This document shows positions 18,812-28,735 of a DNA stretch of 64,000 nt, in pieces. A program made the position numbers and the translations under genes. The stretch's first letter is position 1, and each line of letters opens with the position of its first letter. The notes under the pieces are model-generated. The model ran no database searches. It was not told the origin of the DNA and saw nothing but the letters and a program-made list of their open reading frames with translations. The DNA lies in the NCBI GenBank assembly GCA_016931155.1, contig JAFGFJ010000001.1, positions 7,050 to 71,049 on the forward strand, in the 5' to 3' direction. The stretch is from Candidatus Dojkabacteria bacterium. Its GTDB lineage: Bacteria; Patescibacteriota; Dojkabacteria; B142; JAFGFJ01.

Positions 18812-20338
18812 TTAACCGAATTCAAATATCCCATTCGCTTCCCTTTCCAGAAGTTTCTTTGCAAGGTTCATTCTTCCTGCCGACGTTGCATATAGCGTAA
18901 TCAGTTTTTCACCTTCTGCAACAGTGTCCCCTGTCACTTTGTGAAAATACATCCCGGCATTTTTTATCCTTGGATTTCCGAGAGCATGACCAACCTCAAA
19001 AATCTTTTTATTACTCATATGTTTGATCTCACCTCCTTGATAAGATATATAGTGATGAACAATTTCACCAAGCTCGATTTTATCCGAACTGACAGTTGCA
19101 TCCCCTCCCTGATTCCCGATTATCTCCTTCAACTTTTTCAATGCCTGTCCGGAAGTAATAATTTCTTTTGCCATATCAAAACCCTTCCCGACCGGAGCTT
19201 TTTCCGTAAGCTCAATCAATTTTCCTGCCATTTCAAGTGCATCCAGCTCCAGTGTTTTTGATTTTTCAGGATGATTTTCCAAAACTCTCAGGAATTCAAT
19301 ACATTCAAGAGCAGGACCCACTGCTTTGCCGTCTATTCCTGTAATATCCCTTTTGTGAACAGACAGATGAATCCCGAATTTGGCACAAACTCTTTCAAAA
19401 GTTTCTTTCACTTTTTGAAATTCTTCTTCTTTTATCTTCGCACCGGACCCTACCGGCACATCAAAAACCACATGTGTCACTCCCTGAGCAATTTTTTTTG
19501 CAACAATACTTGAGACAAATTTATCAATAGATTCCATCCCAAGAGGCTTCTGAACCTTGATAATTTCATCATCAGCAGGAGCAAGATCAAGACCTCCTCC
19601 CCACACCATAAAAGCATTACTTTTAAAAATCATCGACTCCAGAGCTATCTTATCAAATGTCATCGGCATAAGTACTTCAAGCATATCTGTCGTAGCGCTG
19701 GAGGTTGTTATGGCACGTGTTGAAGTATTTGGTACTTTCATCCCTTCAATTGAAGCAACAATTGAGACAATGATAGGAGTAATTCCTTTCCCTGCAACCC
19801 CTCCAATTGAGTGTTTGTCTGCAACAATCCCGTCAAACGCAAGTCTTTCTCCTGTTTCAGCAAGAGCTTTTGTCATGTACTCGATTTCTTCAGTATCAAA
19901 ACCAGGACTATACCCCGCGGCGGCAAAATAGGTTGTGAGAGTACTCCCAAGCCTTCCATTTGCAATATCACGCATGATTTTGAAGAAGTCTTCATATTTA
20001 AGCTTTTCTCCTAACAATTTTCTTCTTATACTCTCTACAGCATCTGAATTGGAAATAAAATCAACCTTTATTACTTCATTCTCTTTTAGATTGTACTTTG
20101 ACCAAATATCTTCATATAAACCAATTCGACCTGCTTCAACAATCGAACTTGTAACGTCCGCAATGACAATAACTCCATCTCCATATGAATCCCAGCGAAC
20201 TTCAAGAGCATCTCCAGGGTTTATCCCGTATTCTTTGGCATCCGAATCGTTAACAATAACAACGAATTCAGATCCGCTTGAAATATCAAGTTTTTTTGCT
20301 GAAAGGAAATGCGACATTTTATTCTCAAACCTAACCAA
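18812..20338 (-). CDS. deoA: AMP phosphorylase / archaeal-type thymidine phosphorylase family
   Basis: N-terminal AMP-phosphorylase-type extension. Glycosyltransferase family 3 core with KHSIGGVAGKGITP, equivalent to the DKHSTGGVGD motif. Adjacent to RbcL-like and R15P isomerase genes. Confidence 0.75.
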   Translation of the reverse strand: MVRFENKMSHFLSAKKLDISSGSEFVVIVNDSDAKEYGINPGDALEVRWDSYGDGVIVIADVTSSIVEAGRIGLYEDIWSKYNLKENEVIKVDFISNSDAVESIRRKLLGEKLKYEDFFKIMRDIANGRLGSTLTTYFAAAGYSPGFDTEEIEYMTKALAETGERLAFDGIVADKHSIGGVAGKGITPIIVSIVASIEGMKVPNTSTRAITTSSATTDMLEVLMPMTFDKIALESMIFKSNAFMVWGGGLDLAPADDEIIKVQKPLGMESIDKFVSSIVAKKIAQGVTHVVFDVPVGSGAKIKEEEFQKVKETFERVCAKFGIHLSVHKRDITGIDGKAVGPALECIEFLRVLENHPEKSKTLELDALEMAGKLIELTEKAPVGKGFDMAKEIITSGQALKKLKEIIGNQGGDATVSSDKIELGEIVHHYISYQGGEIKHMSNKKIFEVGHALGNPRIKNAGMYFHKVTGDTVAEGEKLITLYATSAGRMNLAKKLLEREANGIFEFG

Positions 20339-20372
20339 TTGTAAGAATTCTTCTCAAAAAATTCCAAATAAT

Positions 20373-21749
20373 TTATATCTCTCCTCTAGGCTCCATAATA
20401 CTCACAGAATGAATTTGCTCCTTTTTCTTTTCTATCTCTGTTTTTTTTGTTTTCACCAAAGCATATACGTTCGTATAGGGATTTTCATGCTCAAAAGCAT
20501 TTTCACCGAAAACACCCCACTTATCAAGAGCCGCTTTCAGTTCCACGCTTTCTTTTGATATTTCACGTAAGGTTTTACCATTAACAACTCCCTCTATTGC
20601 TTTTCTGACTGTTCTAGCTCCAGATTCCGCACCCATAGGATGAGCAAGTACCCCTCCTCCCATATTTATCACTTGATCTTTGCCGAGTAATTCAAATAAT
20701 TTTTCTATATGTCCTGGATGAAGCCCACCAGAACTCACCGGCATAATAGAATTCAGCTTGTGCCAGGAATCTCTTAAAAAATAATTAACATCCAAAACAC
20801 TTTCTTTTTCTTCCTTTTTCTTCCCCACCGAAGTTGGAATATGAAGGAAGTCAATACCAGCAAGTCTTGAGATCTTTGCCATAACCATGAGTGATAGACC
20901 ATTGTAGTTTCCTGTTGATAATCGGTGACCGTGAATAATAAGATCAAGATTTTGATCTCGCATAAACTGCACACCACTCATTCCTACAGACAATAGATCC
21001 ACCATAACTGCAATCCCTCCCATCTCTTGTACAAATTTTGCCCTTGCGTACATCTCAGAAATCCTTGCTGTCACATTAGGAATATACATTTTCTTCTCAC
21101 CTGTAACCTTCTCAACTTCCCGAAGAGCTTGCATAACAAGATTAACCCTTTCATAAAAAGGGCATATATCCTGGTCTGTCAGGTTTTCGTCATCTCGAAC
21201 AATATCTGCCCCTCCCGCCCAGGCTTCGTATGCCAGTTTTGCAAAAGACTGAAGAGATAACCCCACCTTTGGCTTTATTACGACAGAAACCAAGGGTCTG
21301 TCATAAATCCTAAGTTTATCTCTTATCCCAATAAGACCAAAAGCAGGTCCTTTGTTTGCCATTACATAATCCTGAGGAAACTCTACCTCCATTACCTTCA
21401 AATCGTCTATTACACTTAGTGATGAGAGGTTGCCAGAGATTATACTCAGAAGCTGAGGCATATTATCTGTTTCAAAAAGACCAAGTGGATAAGCAATCTT
21501 TACGGTTCCCTTCTTTTCTCCATCCTCAAGAACCGATAAGACTTTTGCTGCATATTTTGCAACAATATCTTTACTGAGATCGGGAATATCAATCCATGTT
21601 CCAACCGAGGACTCGATTGCCATAGCTTTTGATGCATCGGAAAGTGCAGCATTAGATTCAACCCTGAAAGTAACTAAAACATAGTTTTCCGAGTCAATCT
21701 CTTCCCCAGAAGCAAGATAAGAGAATTTCTGGTTATAACTCATGGGCAA
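20373..21749 (-). CDS. rbcL: RuBisCO large-subunit homolog (form III / II-III-like) with Arg replacing the carbamylated active-site Lys (RDDE instead of KDDE)
   Basis: Collinear with RbcL: SIISGNLSS (N123 region), VVIKPKVGLS (K175/K177), AWAGGADIVRDDENL (aligns to GGLDFTKDDEN), IIHGHRLS (H294/R295), RLAGIDFLHIPTSVGKKKEE (H327/loop-6 K), PVSSGGLHPGHI (S379-G381), MGGGVLAHPMG (G403/G404). The Arg codon CGA was checked directly in the DNA. Confidence 0.8.
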   Translation of the reverse strand: MPMSYNQKFSYLASGEEIDSENYVLVTFRVESNAALSDASKAMAIESSVGTWIDIPDLSKDIVAKYAAKVLSVLEDGEKKGTVKIAYPLGLFETDNMPQLLSIISGNLSSLSVIDDLKVMEVEFPQDYVMANKGPAFGLIGIRDKLRIYDRPLVSVVIKPKVGLSLQSFAKLAYEAWAGGADIVRDDENLTDQDICPFYERVNLVMQALREVEKVTGEKKMYIPNVTARISEMYARAKFVQEMGGIAVMVDLLSVGMSGVQFMRDQNLDLIIHGHRLSTGNYNGLSLMVMAKISRLAGIDFLHIPTSVGKKKEEKESVLDVNYFLRDSWHKLNSIMPVSSGGLHPGHIEKLFELLGKDQVINMGGGVLAHPMGAESGARTVRKAIEGVVNGKTLREISKESVELKAALDKWGVFGENAFEHENPYTNVYALVKTKKTEIEKKKEQIHSVSIMEPRGEI

Positions 21750-22058
21750 TTTTTGTATTGAAAACCTAAAACATACTACAACTAATACTCATGGAGGTAA
21801 AGACCATCCAGTAATAACAAAGAAGAGGGCTCCTAACTTTTCTTTATGAAAAGTAACTGGAACCCTCTCAGCAAAAGGCGGTAAACAATAGCAAACATAA
21901 ACTAATGAATTTGTAAAAGCTTGTCAAGAGATTTAATAAATATTTTGTACAGAAGTGTTGGATAAATTTCTTCAATTGGAAAACTGCTCTTTTTTCCTCA
22001 ATTTGTTACGAAGCTTACTAGCAGTTGCAATCAACTCTGCTAATAACTAGCCAAAAGC

Positions 22059-22991
22059 TTATTGATTCAACCAAGGATAAAGCTCCAACGCCTTATCCTT
22101 AACCTCACTACTGGTTATAACTCCAGCCTCAGTGATATACCCGGTAACAAATTCAGGTCTTATCAGATCAAAAGCCGGGTTAATTATTTTTAGTTCCATC
22201 GGAGCATCTTCCCAGACTTCCTTTGATGGTCTCATCTCAATCTCAGGAAATTTTATATCCTTTTTCAGATTTAATTTAAGGAGAGTAGTTGCAACATAAA
22301 ACTTGTCTTTCCCTGCCTTCGCAGACAGTGCCATTGAATATGTTCCAATTTTATTGATAAAGCTCCCATCCGAAAGAAGCTCATCATTACCAACCAGTAC
22401 ACACTCAACAGGCAGATACCTGTCATCTTCAATAAAGGAAGGTGCAGCAGAATCCACAATTTGAAACACTTTGGCATTGGCGTTGGACAGTTTTTTTGCA
22501 GTAATCCTTCCCTGAAAGAGAGGTCTGGTTTCAGTTGATACAACACTTAACTTGGGATTCCTTTTTGAAAGCTCAATTAGTATTTTTGTAGAAGTAGACG
22601 AATGGCAGTGTGTAAGTATGACATCAAAATTTTTCAGTTCTTCGACTCCTGCTTTAAAAATTTCTTCTTTTGATTTATTAATTAGCTCAACATATTCCTC
22701 AATCGCCAAACTTATTGCCTCCTTTGCTTCTACCAAATCTTCAAAGTTCTTTATTTTCCCAAGAATGTATCTAACTCCATTTCCTGCAAGCGGTTCATTT
22801 TCCCTGGCTTCACTCAGTTCGATTCCTGTTTTCTCTATCTCCTCAAGAAAAGAACTGACAGAATCAGCAGTTGATTCGTTTGCAGTAATCTTAATACCGC
22901 CAAGGGTTGCAAGAGCAACATTGGTTGCACCCTGTATCTCAATATTCTTAATCTTCGCTTTGATTTCTTTTATTTGATTCAAATAACTCAT
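22059..22991 (-). CDS. Ribose-1,5-bisphosphate isomerase (eIF-2B alpha/beta/delta-like family)
   Basis: eIF2B-like fold signatures (GATNVALATL..., ILTHCHSSTSTKIL, VLVGNDELLSDGSFINKIGTYSMALSAKAGKDKFYVA). Clusters with the RbcL-like and AMP phosphorylase genes. Confidence 0.7.
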   Translation of the reverse strand: MSYLNQIKEIKAKIKNIEIQGATNVALATLGGIKITANESTADSVSSFLEEIEKTGIELSEARENEPLAGNGVRYILGKIKNFEDLVEAKEAISLAIEEYVELINKSKEEIFKAGVEELKNFDVILTHCHSSTSTKILIELSKRNPKLSVVSTETRPLFQGRITAKKLSNANAKVFQIVDSAAPSFIEDDRYLPVECVLVGNDELLSDGSFINKIGTYSMALSAKAGKDKFYVATTLLKLNLKKDIKFPEIEMRPSKEVWEDAPMELKIINPAFDLIRPEFVTGYITEAGVITSSEVKDKALELYPWLNQ

Positions 22992-23000
22992 TTCAATAGA

Positions 23001-24395
23001 CTAAAGCTCTATAGATTGTTTCCACTCAGGTATTACTCCCTCTATTTGCTTTTTTGCAAGCTCCTCTTTAAAAACTTCACTTCTCTCCAGCTCTGCATGT
23101 AACAAAAATACCTTCCTCAATCTATCCTTATCTAACCTGCCCACAAAGTCAAGTAGATCACCATTATCTCCATGAGCTGAAAAACCAAAAAAAGTATTTA
23201 TCTTGGCTTTTACTCTTGTGACCTTGTCATCTATCAAAACCTTTTTTGCTCCTTCCGTTAGTTCTCTTCCGAGCGTTTGCTCTGCCTGGTATCCAACAAA
23301 GCACACAGAGTTTTTTGCATCACTCAATCCTTTTTTAAAATGAGAAAGAATTCTTCCTCCATTAGCCATTCCGCTACCAGCAATTATTACACTTGGTTCT
23401 TTTTTCCAAATTCCCAGCGATTGTTTATATGATCTTATAGTTTTTAACCCAGGAAAACTGAACGGACTATCACCCAAGGCAAACGACTGCTGAACCATCT
23501 TACTTAAGGCCAATTTACTGTCTGTGTATATCTGTGTAGCACCTATTGCAAGCGGACTGTCCAAAAAAACTTGAACATTGTCTCCGATCAATCTTTTCTG
23601 TTTAGCCGTTTTGATAATATACAGCAACTCTTGCGTTCTTTCGACTGCAAACGAAGGGATCATAACATTACCGTTCCTTTGTAGTGTCAAATTTATTGCA
23701 TCAATTAGTTCCCTCTCTGTCAGCCTCCTGTCCTCATGATACTTACCCCCGTAGAGTGATTCCATAACAACATAATCGACCGATAGTGATTTATTTAAAT
23801 CAAAATGAGCAACAAGTTCCTGACCCCTGTGACCAATATCCCCCGAAAAAAGAATTCTTAAATTATCCACCTCTACAACAATACTTGCTGCACCTAAAAT
23901 ATGACCTGCATTTATAAAGGTTGCCTTTATCCCTTCTCTAATCTCTATTTCCTTGTCCAGTTCAACTGTTCTAAAGGAGTTAATAGCAGAAAGGGCATCC
24001 CTGGTATCATAAAGAAGATTTCCAGACATTTGGCTTTTCTTCATCCTCAATACTCTCCTTCTAAACTCATCTCGCTGGTTATTCTCCTGAATTTTCGCCG
24101 CATCAAGCAAAAGAAGCTCAGCCAAATGACTTGTCGGTACTGTCATATATACTTCCCCCCGAAAACCTTCTCTGAAAAGCTTGGGTATAAGTCCTGAATG
24201 GTCAATATGTGTATGAGTCAAAAGAAGAAAATCTATCTGCCTTGGATCAAATTTAAATTTTTCAAAGTTTCTATCCTCCACGTCAGGTCCCTGAAACATT
24301 CCACAGTCAACTAAAAACTTATTCCTGTCAGTCTCAACAAGAAAACACGAACCTGTAACTGTTTCTGCCGCTCCAAGAAATGATAGTTTTGTCAT
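23001..24395 (-). CDS. Beta-CASP family MBL-fold ribonuclease (RNase J / CPSF-like). The likely true start is MTKLSFLGAAE at 24395; the annotated ORF extends to 24491.
   Basis: MBL motif LLTHTHIDHSG with downstream beta-CASP motifs, and the RNA-metabolising MBL C-terminal region. Confidence 0.7.
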   Translation of the reverse strand: MTKLSFLGAAETVTGSCFLVETDRNKFLVDCGMFQGPDVEDRNFEKFKFDPRQIDFLLLTHTHIDHSGLIPKLFREGFRGEVYMTVPTSHLAELLLLDAAKIQENNQRDEFRRRVLRMKKSQMSGNLLYDTRDALSAINSFRTVELDKEIEIREGIKATFINAGHILGAASIVVEVDNLRILFSGDIGHRGQELVAHFDLNKSLSVDYVVMESLYGGKYHEDRRLTERELIDAINLTLQRNGNVMIPSFAVERTQELLYIIKTAKQKRLIGDNVQVFLDSPLAIGATQIYTDSKLALSKMVQQSFALGDSPFSFPGLKTIRSYKQSLGIWKKEPSVIIAGSGMANGGRILSHFKKGLSDAKNSVCFVGYQAEQTLGRELTEGAKKVLIDDKVTRVKAKINTFFGFSAHGDNGDLLDFVGRLDKDRLRKVFLLHAELERSEVFKEELAKKQIEGVIPEWKQSIEL

Positions 24396-24492
24396 GATAT
24401 ATATTTCCAAAAAAAATAATCGTACAAACTTACAAAGACCTGCGATTATAGCACTTAGTAATAGATGCAGATAGTCCGAAGTAGTTCGCAAT

Positions 24493-26037
24493 CTATTCCA
24501 GATACTTTTGTCTCACTATTTCTGTTAAAACAGCTTTTTTGTTTTTTACCGGCTCCTCAATTACTATTTCCAATAAATAATTCAGAATTTCCCCCATCCC
24601 TGGCCCTGATTCAATCCCTAGCTTACGCAAATCCTCTCCATTAATATCAAGATCTGTTATTTTAATCGCCATTTCTTTCTCTCGCACCTCCGCAATCCTG
24701 TTTTCAAGAGCCTCAATCTCCCCTGGATGAAAACTGGATTTTGGGTTTGCTCCTGCATCAGCAATTCTCAATTTTATCAGATCTTCAATGGCTTCCTCTC
24801 CCCCGGCGTTCCTTATGAACCTTCTAATTGCAGCATCAGTCCAGCCCTCCTTAAAACTTTTACTCCTTCTGGATTTCATAATTCTTTCATTTTGTGCCTC
24901 AAGATTTCCTACTACCTTTCCTTCTTTTTCTATTTCAACTGGATTTTTTCTTGCATTGATTATTTCCTCTTCTAATCTCCAATCAGCAGAAGGATAATAA
25001 AACATATGCCACCTAACAAGGCGAAAATTGCGTTCAATTTCATCTCTGGAAAACTTCAATCTTGAAAGAATTTGTCTGGTCATTTCTGCTCCAACAACAT
25101 CATGACCGTAAAAGTGAACCTCTTCCCCATCCTTAGTCATTGTTCTTGACTTTCCTATATCATGAAGAAGAGCAGCTATCTTTACCGAATCTTGGGCTAA
25201 ATCATAAGCCTTTAAGGAATGATCAAAAAGATCATCAGCATGGTATTCGGGCTGAACAATTCCTATACAGTCAAGAAGCTCAGGAAGAAAAATTTCCAGA
25301 AGACCTGTATCCTTCATGAGTCTCAGTCCCGTAGAAGGTTTTGAAGATCCCATTGTCATTTTGATAAATTCATCTCTTATTCTTTCCATAGACACTTTTT
25401 CAGCAACACTAAGCGTATTTTTTATCGCCTCAAATGTTTTTTCCTCTATTGTAAATTCGAGCAAACTTGCAAGCCTGCAGGCTCTGAAAGCTCTTAGCCC
25501 GTCTTCAGTAAATCTTTCAACAGGGTCACCCACTGCTTTAATTATTTTCTTTCTCAGATCCTTGAGACCAAGAAACAAATCAACAATCTGCTGATCTTCA
25601 TCTTTTTTGTCAAGGTTCACCGCAAGAGCATTGATTGTAAAATCTCTTCTACTTAAATCCTCCTGTATCGAACTGGTAAACTTAACTTTTGAAGGCCATC
25701 TGCCGCCTGTATAGTCCTCTTCACTCCTATAAGTTGTTACTTCAATATCAAAAGTTTCTCCCTTTTTGTCTTTTGATAGAACAATCACTGTTCCAAACCT
25801 TGCATTTGTTGAAATTGACTTGGGAAAGATTCTTTCAATTTCGTCAGGTTTTGCATTTGTTGCAATATCATAATCAGAAGGCACTCGACCAATGATCAGA
25901 TCCCTCAGACTTCCTCCAACAAGATAAGCCTCAAAACCATGCCTGATAAGCTCATCAGAGACGACAAAAACATAAGAAGGTATTTTTTTAATAATAGATT
26001 CTATTTCTGGTTCCATTCGATTTTTATAATTATGCAA
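24493..26037 (-). CDS. cca: CCA-adding tRNA nucleotidyltransferase with an HD domain
   Basis: Pol-beta NTase head (LVGGSLRDLIIGRVPSDYDIATNAKPDEI), HD motif (LLHDIGK), and a C-terminal extension. Confidence 0.8.
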   Translation of the reverse strand: MHNYKNRMEPEIESIIKKIPSYVFVVSDELIRHGFEAYLVGGSLRDLIIGRVPSDYDIATNAKPDEIERIFPKSISTNARFGTVIVLSKDKKGETFDIEVTTYRSEEDYTGGRWPSKVKFTSSIQEDLSRRDFTINALAVNLDKKDEDQQIVDLFLGLKDLRKKIIKAVGDPVERFTEDGLRAFRACRLASLLEFTIEEKTFEAIKNTLSVAEKVSMERIRDEFIKMTMGSSKPSTGLRLMKDTGLLEIFLPELLDCIGIVQPEYHADDLFDHSLKAYDLAQDSVKIAALLHDIGKSRTMTKDGEEVHFYGHDVVGAEMTRQILSRLKFSRDEIERNFRLVRWHMFYYPSADWRLEEEIINARKNPVEIEKEGKVVGNLEAQNERIMKSRRSKSFKEGWTDAAIRRFIRNAGGEEAIEDLIKLRIADAGANPKSSFHPGEIEALENRIAEVREKEMAIKITDLDINGEDLRKLGIESGPGMGEILNYLLEIVIEEPVKNKKAVLTEIVRQKYLE

Positions 26038-27481
26038 TCACACGCCATTCTGTTCCGTCTTTTTGGTCTTCAATCTCAACATGATATTTCTTTCCAAGCA
26101 CCTTTCGTATCTGGTCAGCCTCTTCCCACCCCTTGTTGCCTCTATATTTTTCTCTTTCATCCACGAGCCTTTCAATTTCTTTTCTATTCTTCTTTAAAAA
26201 TTCAGAAATGTTCTCTGCTTCCTCTTTAAGCCCTAAACCAAAAACCTTGTCAAAATCAAAAATCAATGCTAATTTAGCACTCTCAAGAAGATCTGCTTTC
26301 ACTACTTCCCACAAAACCCCAAGTGCCCGGGGAATATTGAAATCATCCTCCAGTGCCTCGATATATTTCTTCCTATATTCCACTTCAACCTTTCCTTCCT
26401 TGAAATTTTCCAGCCATGATCCCAATTGTGTCTTCAACTTTTGATAAGCAATTCTTGCCCCATCCAATGCCTCCCATGTAAAATTCTGTTTGCTCCTGTA
26501 GTGTGCCTGCAGAAAGAGATACCGCATATCAAGCGGACTGTATCCTTTTTCAATTATTTGTTTCAATGTGTAGCTTGTACCTTCAGATTTTGCCATTTTT
26601 TTACCATTAACCAGAAGATGTTCATTATGTAACCAGTGTTTGACATATTTCTTGCCAGTAACTGCCTCACTTTGTGCTATCTCGTTAGTGTGATGGATTG
26701 AAATATGCTCAACCCCTCCCATATGAATGTCCAGTGTTTCACCAAGATTTTGAAGCGCCATTGTAGAACATTCAATATGCCATCCAGGAAAACCTTCCCC
26801 ATTCTTTACTTCTGGAGATGTAAAAGGAGACGACCAATACTGAAGGGCATTTTTGTGAACTCCTGTTCTAAAAAACCAAAGTACAAAATCAGCTGGATTC
26901 TTCTTGTCCGGATCAGTAATATCTCCTATTCCAGCACCAGCTTTATCTTTCTCCAAATCTCTACCGGACAGATCCGTATAATTTTTGAACCTGGAGATAT
27001 CAAAGTAAACCGCCTTAGATGTAACATACGCAAAACCCCTATCAATAAGCAACTTTACCATTTCTATCATTCCATCAATATAATCAGTCGCTCTTGCCTT
27101 AACCGTCGGTTCAAGAATGTTGAGAAGTTTTGTATCTCTATCAAATTCTGCGATATACTTTTCGGCAATTATCTGCGGAGTGAGATTTTCTCTCTTCGCG
27201 GCCTTCTCCATTCTGTCTTCTCCAGTATCAGCATCCCCGATATTATCACCTGTAAGATGACCAAAATCAGTATAATTTCGAACATGCCTCACCTCATATC
27301 CCAGATAAGACAAGCTCCTCCTTATAAGGTCTCCCATCAGCATTCCCCGCATATTCCCAATATGCTGTGTCCAATATACCGTAGGTCCACAGTGATAAAA
27401 AGAAATCTTCCCCTTATTAAGAGGTTCAAATTCTTCAAGTTTTCTTCCTAACGTATTAAAGACCTTTAGCATAATAATCAA
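26030..27481 (-). CDS. cysS: Cysteinyl-tRNA synthetase
   Basis: HIGN motif (YHCGPTVYWTQHIGNMRG), KMAKSEG (KMSKS-like), and class I fold collinearity. Confidence 0.85.
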   Translation of the reverse strand: MIIMLKVFNTLGRKLEEFEPLNKGKISFYHCGPTVYWTQHIGNMRGMLMGDLIRRSLSYLGYEVRHVRNYTDFGHLTGDNIGDADTGEDRMEKAAKRENLTPQIIAEKYIAEFDRDTKLLNILEPTVKARATDYIDGMIEMVKLLIDRGFAYVTSKAVYFDISRFKNYTDLSGRDLEKDKAGAGIGDITDPDKKNPADFVLWFFRTGVHKNALQYWSSPFTSPEVKNGEGFPGWHIECSTMALQNLGETLDIHMGGVEHISIHHTNEIAQSEAVTGKKYVKHWLHNEHLLVNGKKMAKSEGTSYTLKQIIEKGYSPLDMRYLFLQAHYRSKQNFTWEALDGARIAYQKLKTQLGSWLENFKEGKVEVEYRKKYIEALEDDFNIPRALGVLWEVVKADLLESAKLALIFDFDKVFGLGLKEEAENISEFLKKNRKEIERLVDEREKYRGNKGWEEADQIRKVLGKKYHVEIEDQKDGTEWRVIA

Positions 27482-27639
27482 ATAATAGCTATTATAGCAG
27501 TGATTTAGAGCAAAGAATATTTAGAGACCGAAAGAGTGATCAATGGTGATTCAGCTACAACAGCAAGATATTTTTGAAGAAAAAGAACACATCATATCAA
27601 CACCATTCTACAGGACACAGAACCTTTGATCAAATCACT

Positions 27640-27790
27640 ACTCTATCGCCCCTGTATCGTCCTATGTATCATTCCGTATGGCCTGTGTCATTCTATATCG
27701 CTGTATATCATTGTCTATGATTCTGTGTTGTTCTGTGTCATTCTGTACATCCTGTGTCATTCTCTAGTGTTAGTATCATTAGCCAAGAAC
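27640..27790. repeat. Degenerate pyrimidine-rich tandem repeats (core ~CTGTGTCATTCT, plus variants) in the cysS upstream / galU downstream intergenic region
   Basis: Seen in sequence. cctgtgtcattct occurs twice and tctgtgtcattct once. Degenerate copies include cctgtatcgt, cctatgtatcattc, ctgtatatcattg and tctatgattctgtg. Confidence 0.6.
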
Positions 27791-27823
27791 TACCACGTCT
27801 TACTGACAGGGACTCCAGCCAGA

Positions 27824-28735
27824 TTAGACAATACTGTCACTGGAAAATCTCATCTGTGCACGAATATAACTTGCAGGATCGCCGGTAGTAAACCATTCCC
27901 CTTTTAGTTCCTTGAAAAGTACTTTTCCATTTTCCGCCAACTCATCATTTGCATCCTGCAACCATAGCTCTCCATCCTTTCCAGTAGCTTCCGGTTTCAA
28001 ATATTCAAAAATCCTGGGTGTAAGCACCATCCGGCCGTAAGAGACAAGGTCACTGGGAGCATTATTCTTTTCTGGTTTCTCAATTATTCTCTCAGCCTGG
28101 TTTGTTGTCCCTTCTTTTATTTTCACCGATCCGTATTTGACCACTTCTTCCATAGACATTTTTTGAACACCTAAGGCACCATCACATTCATTTTCCTCGA
28201 AAAATTCTACCAACTGCTTAATTGCTGGCTGTTCTCCATAGAAAAGATCGTCACCCCACAGAAGAGCAAATGGGCTATCTTCAAGAAGCGATTTAGCACT
28301 AAGCACAGGACTTCCATTACCGTAAGACAGTTTTGTGTCCTGATAAATAAATACAAAGTTTGCCATATCATGAATCCGGATAATTTTTCTCAGGATTTCT
28401 TCCTTACCATTCTGCCTAAGGTAATCCTCCAACCCCTCATCTTCGTTGAAATGTTCAATGATTGACTCACTCCCGGCTCTTATGACGATAATAATATCTT
28501 CAATTCCAGCCCCAACACACTCTTCAGCTAAATGCTGAATAATCGGTTTATCCGCAATAGGAAGCATTTCCTTAGGAATTGCTTTTGTTGCAGGCAAAAA
28601 TCTCGTTCCTCTCCCTGCAGCAGTTATTACAGCTTTAGTAACTTTTTTCTTGTTTATTTCACCCAAATAATATTTAAAATATGGATGAACACTCTCAGGA
28701 TAGCAAAATTTCTGATAGGAAGGAAGAAAAGACAC
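27824..28735 (-). CDS. galU: UTP-glucose-1-phosphate uridylyltransferase (sugar nucleotidyltransferase)
   Basis: VITAAGRGTRFLPATKAIPKEMLPIADKPIIQH, i.e. the G-x-G-T-R-x-LPxTK motif. Confidence 0.8.
   Translation of the reverse strand: MSFLPSYQKFCYPESVHPYFKYYLGEINKKKVTKAVITAAGRGTRFLPATKAIPKEMLPIADKPIIQHLAEECVGAGIEDIIIVIRAGSESIIEHFNEDEGLEDYLRQNGKEEILRKIIRIHDMANFVFIYQDTKLSYGNGSPVLSAKSLLEDSPFALLWGDDLFYGEQPAIKQLVEFFEENECDGALGVQKMSMEEVVKYGSVKIKEGTTNQAERIIEKPEKNNAPSDLVSYGRMVLTPRIFEYLKPEATGKDGELWLQDANDELAENGKVLFKELKGEWFTTGDPASYIRAQMRFSSDSIV

Noticed and set aside
20373-21749. Sequencing error as the explanation for Arg at the RuBisCO carbamylation site
   Set aside because: CGA differs from AAA/AAG at two positions, and the surrounding codons are intact and in frame.
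26705-27451. 248-aa plus-strand ORF, along with many similar antisense ORFs (e.g. 19935-20558, 54680-55330, 8651-8986, 41720-41980)
   Set aside because: Each lies opposite a strongly conserved gene (cysS, deoA, the ATP-grasp genes, htrA, mrdA). They have low-complexity, Cys/Phe-rich translations typical of antisense frames in AT-rich DNA.
27640-27790. CRISPR array
   Set aside because: The repeats are only ~12 nt, degenerate and directly abutting without unique spacers. No cas genes are in the window.
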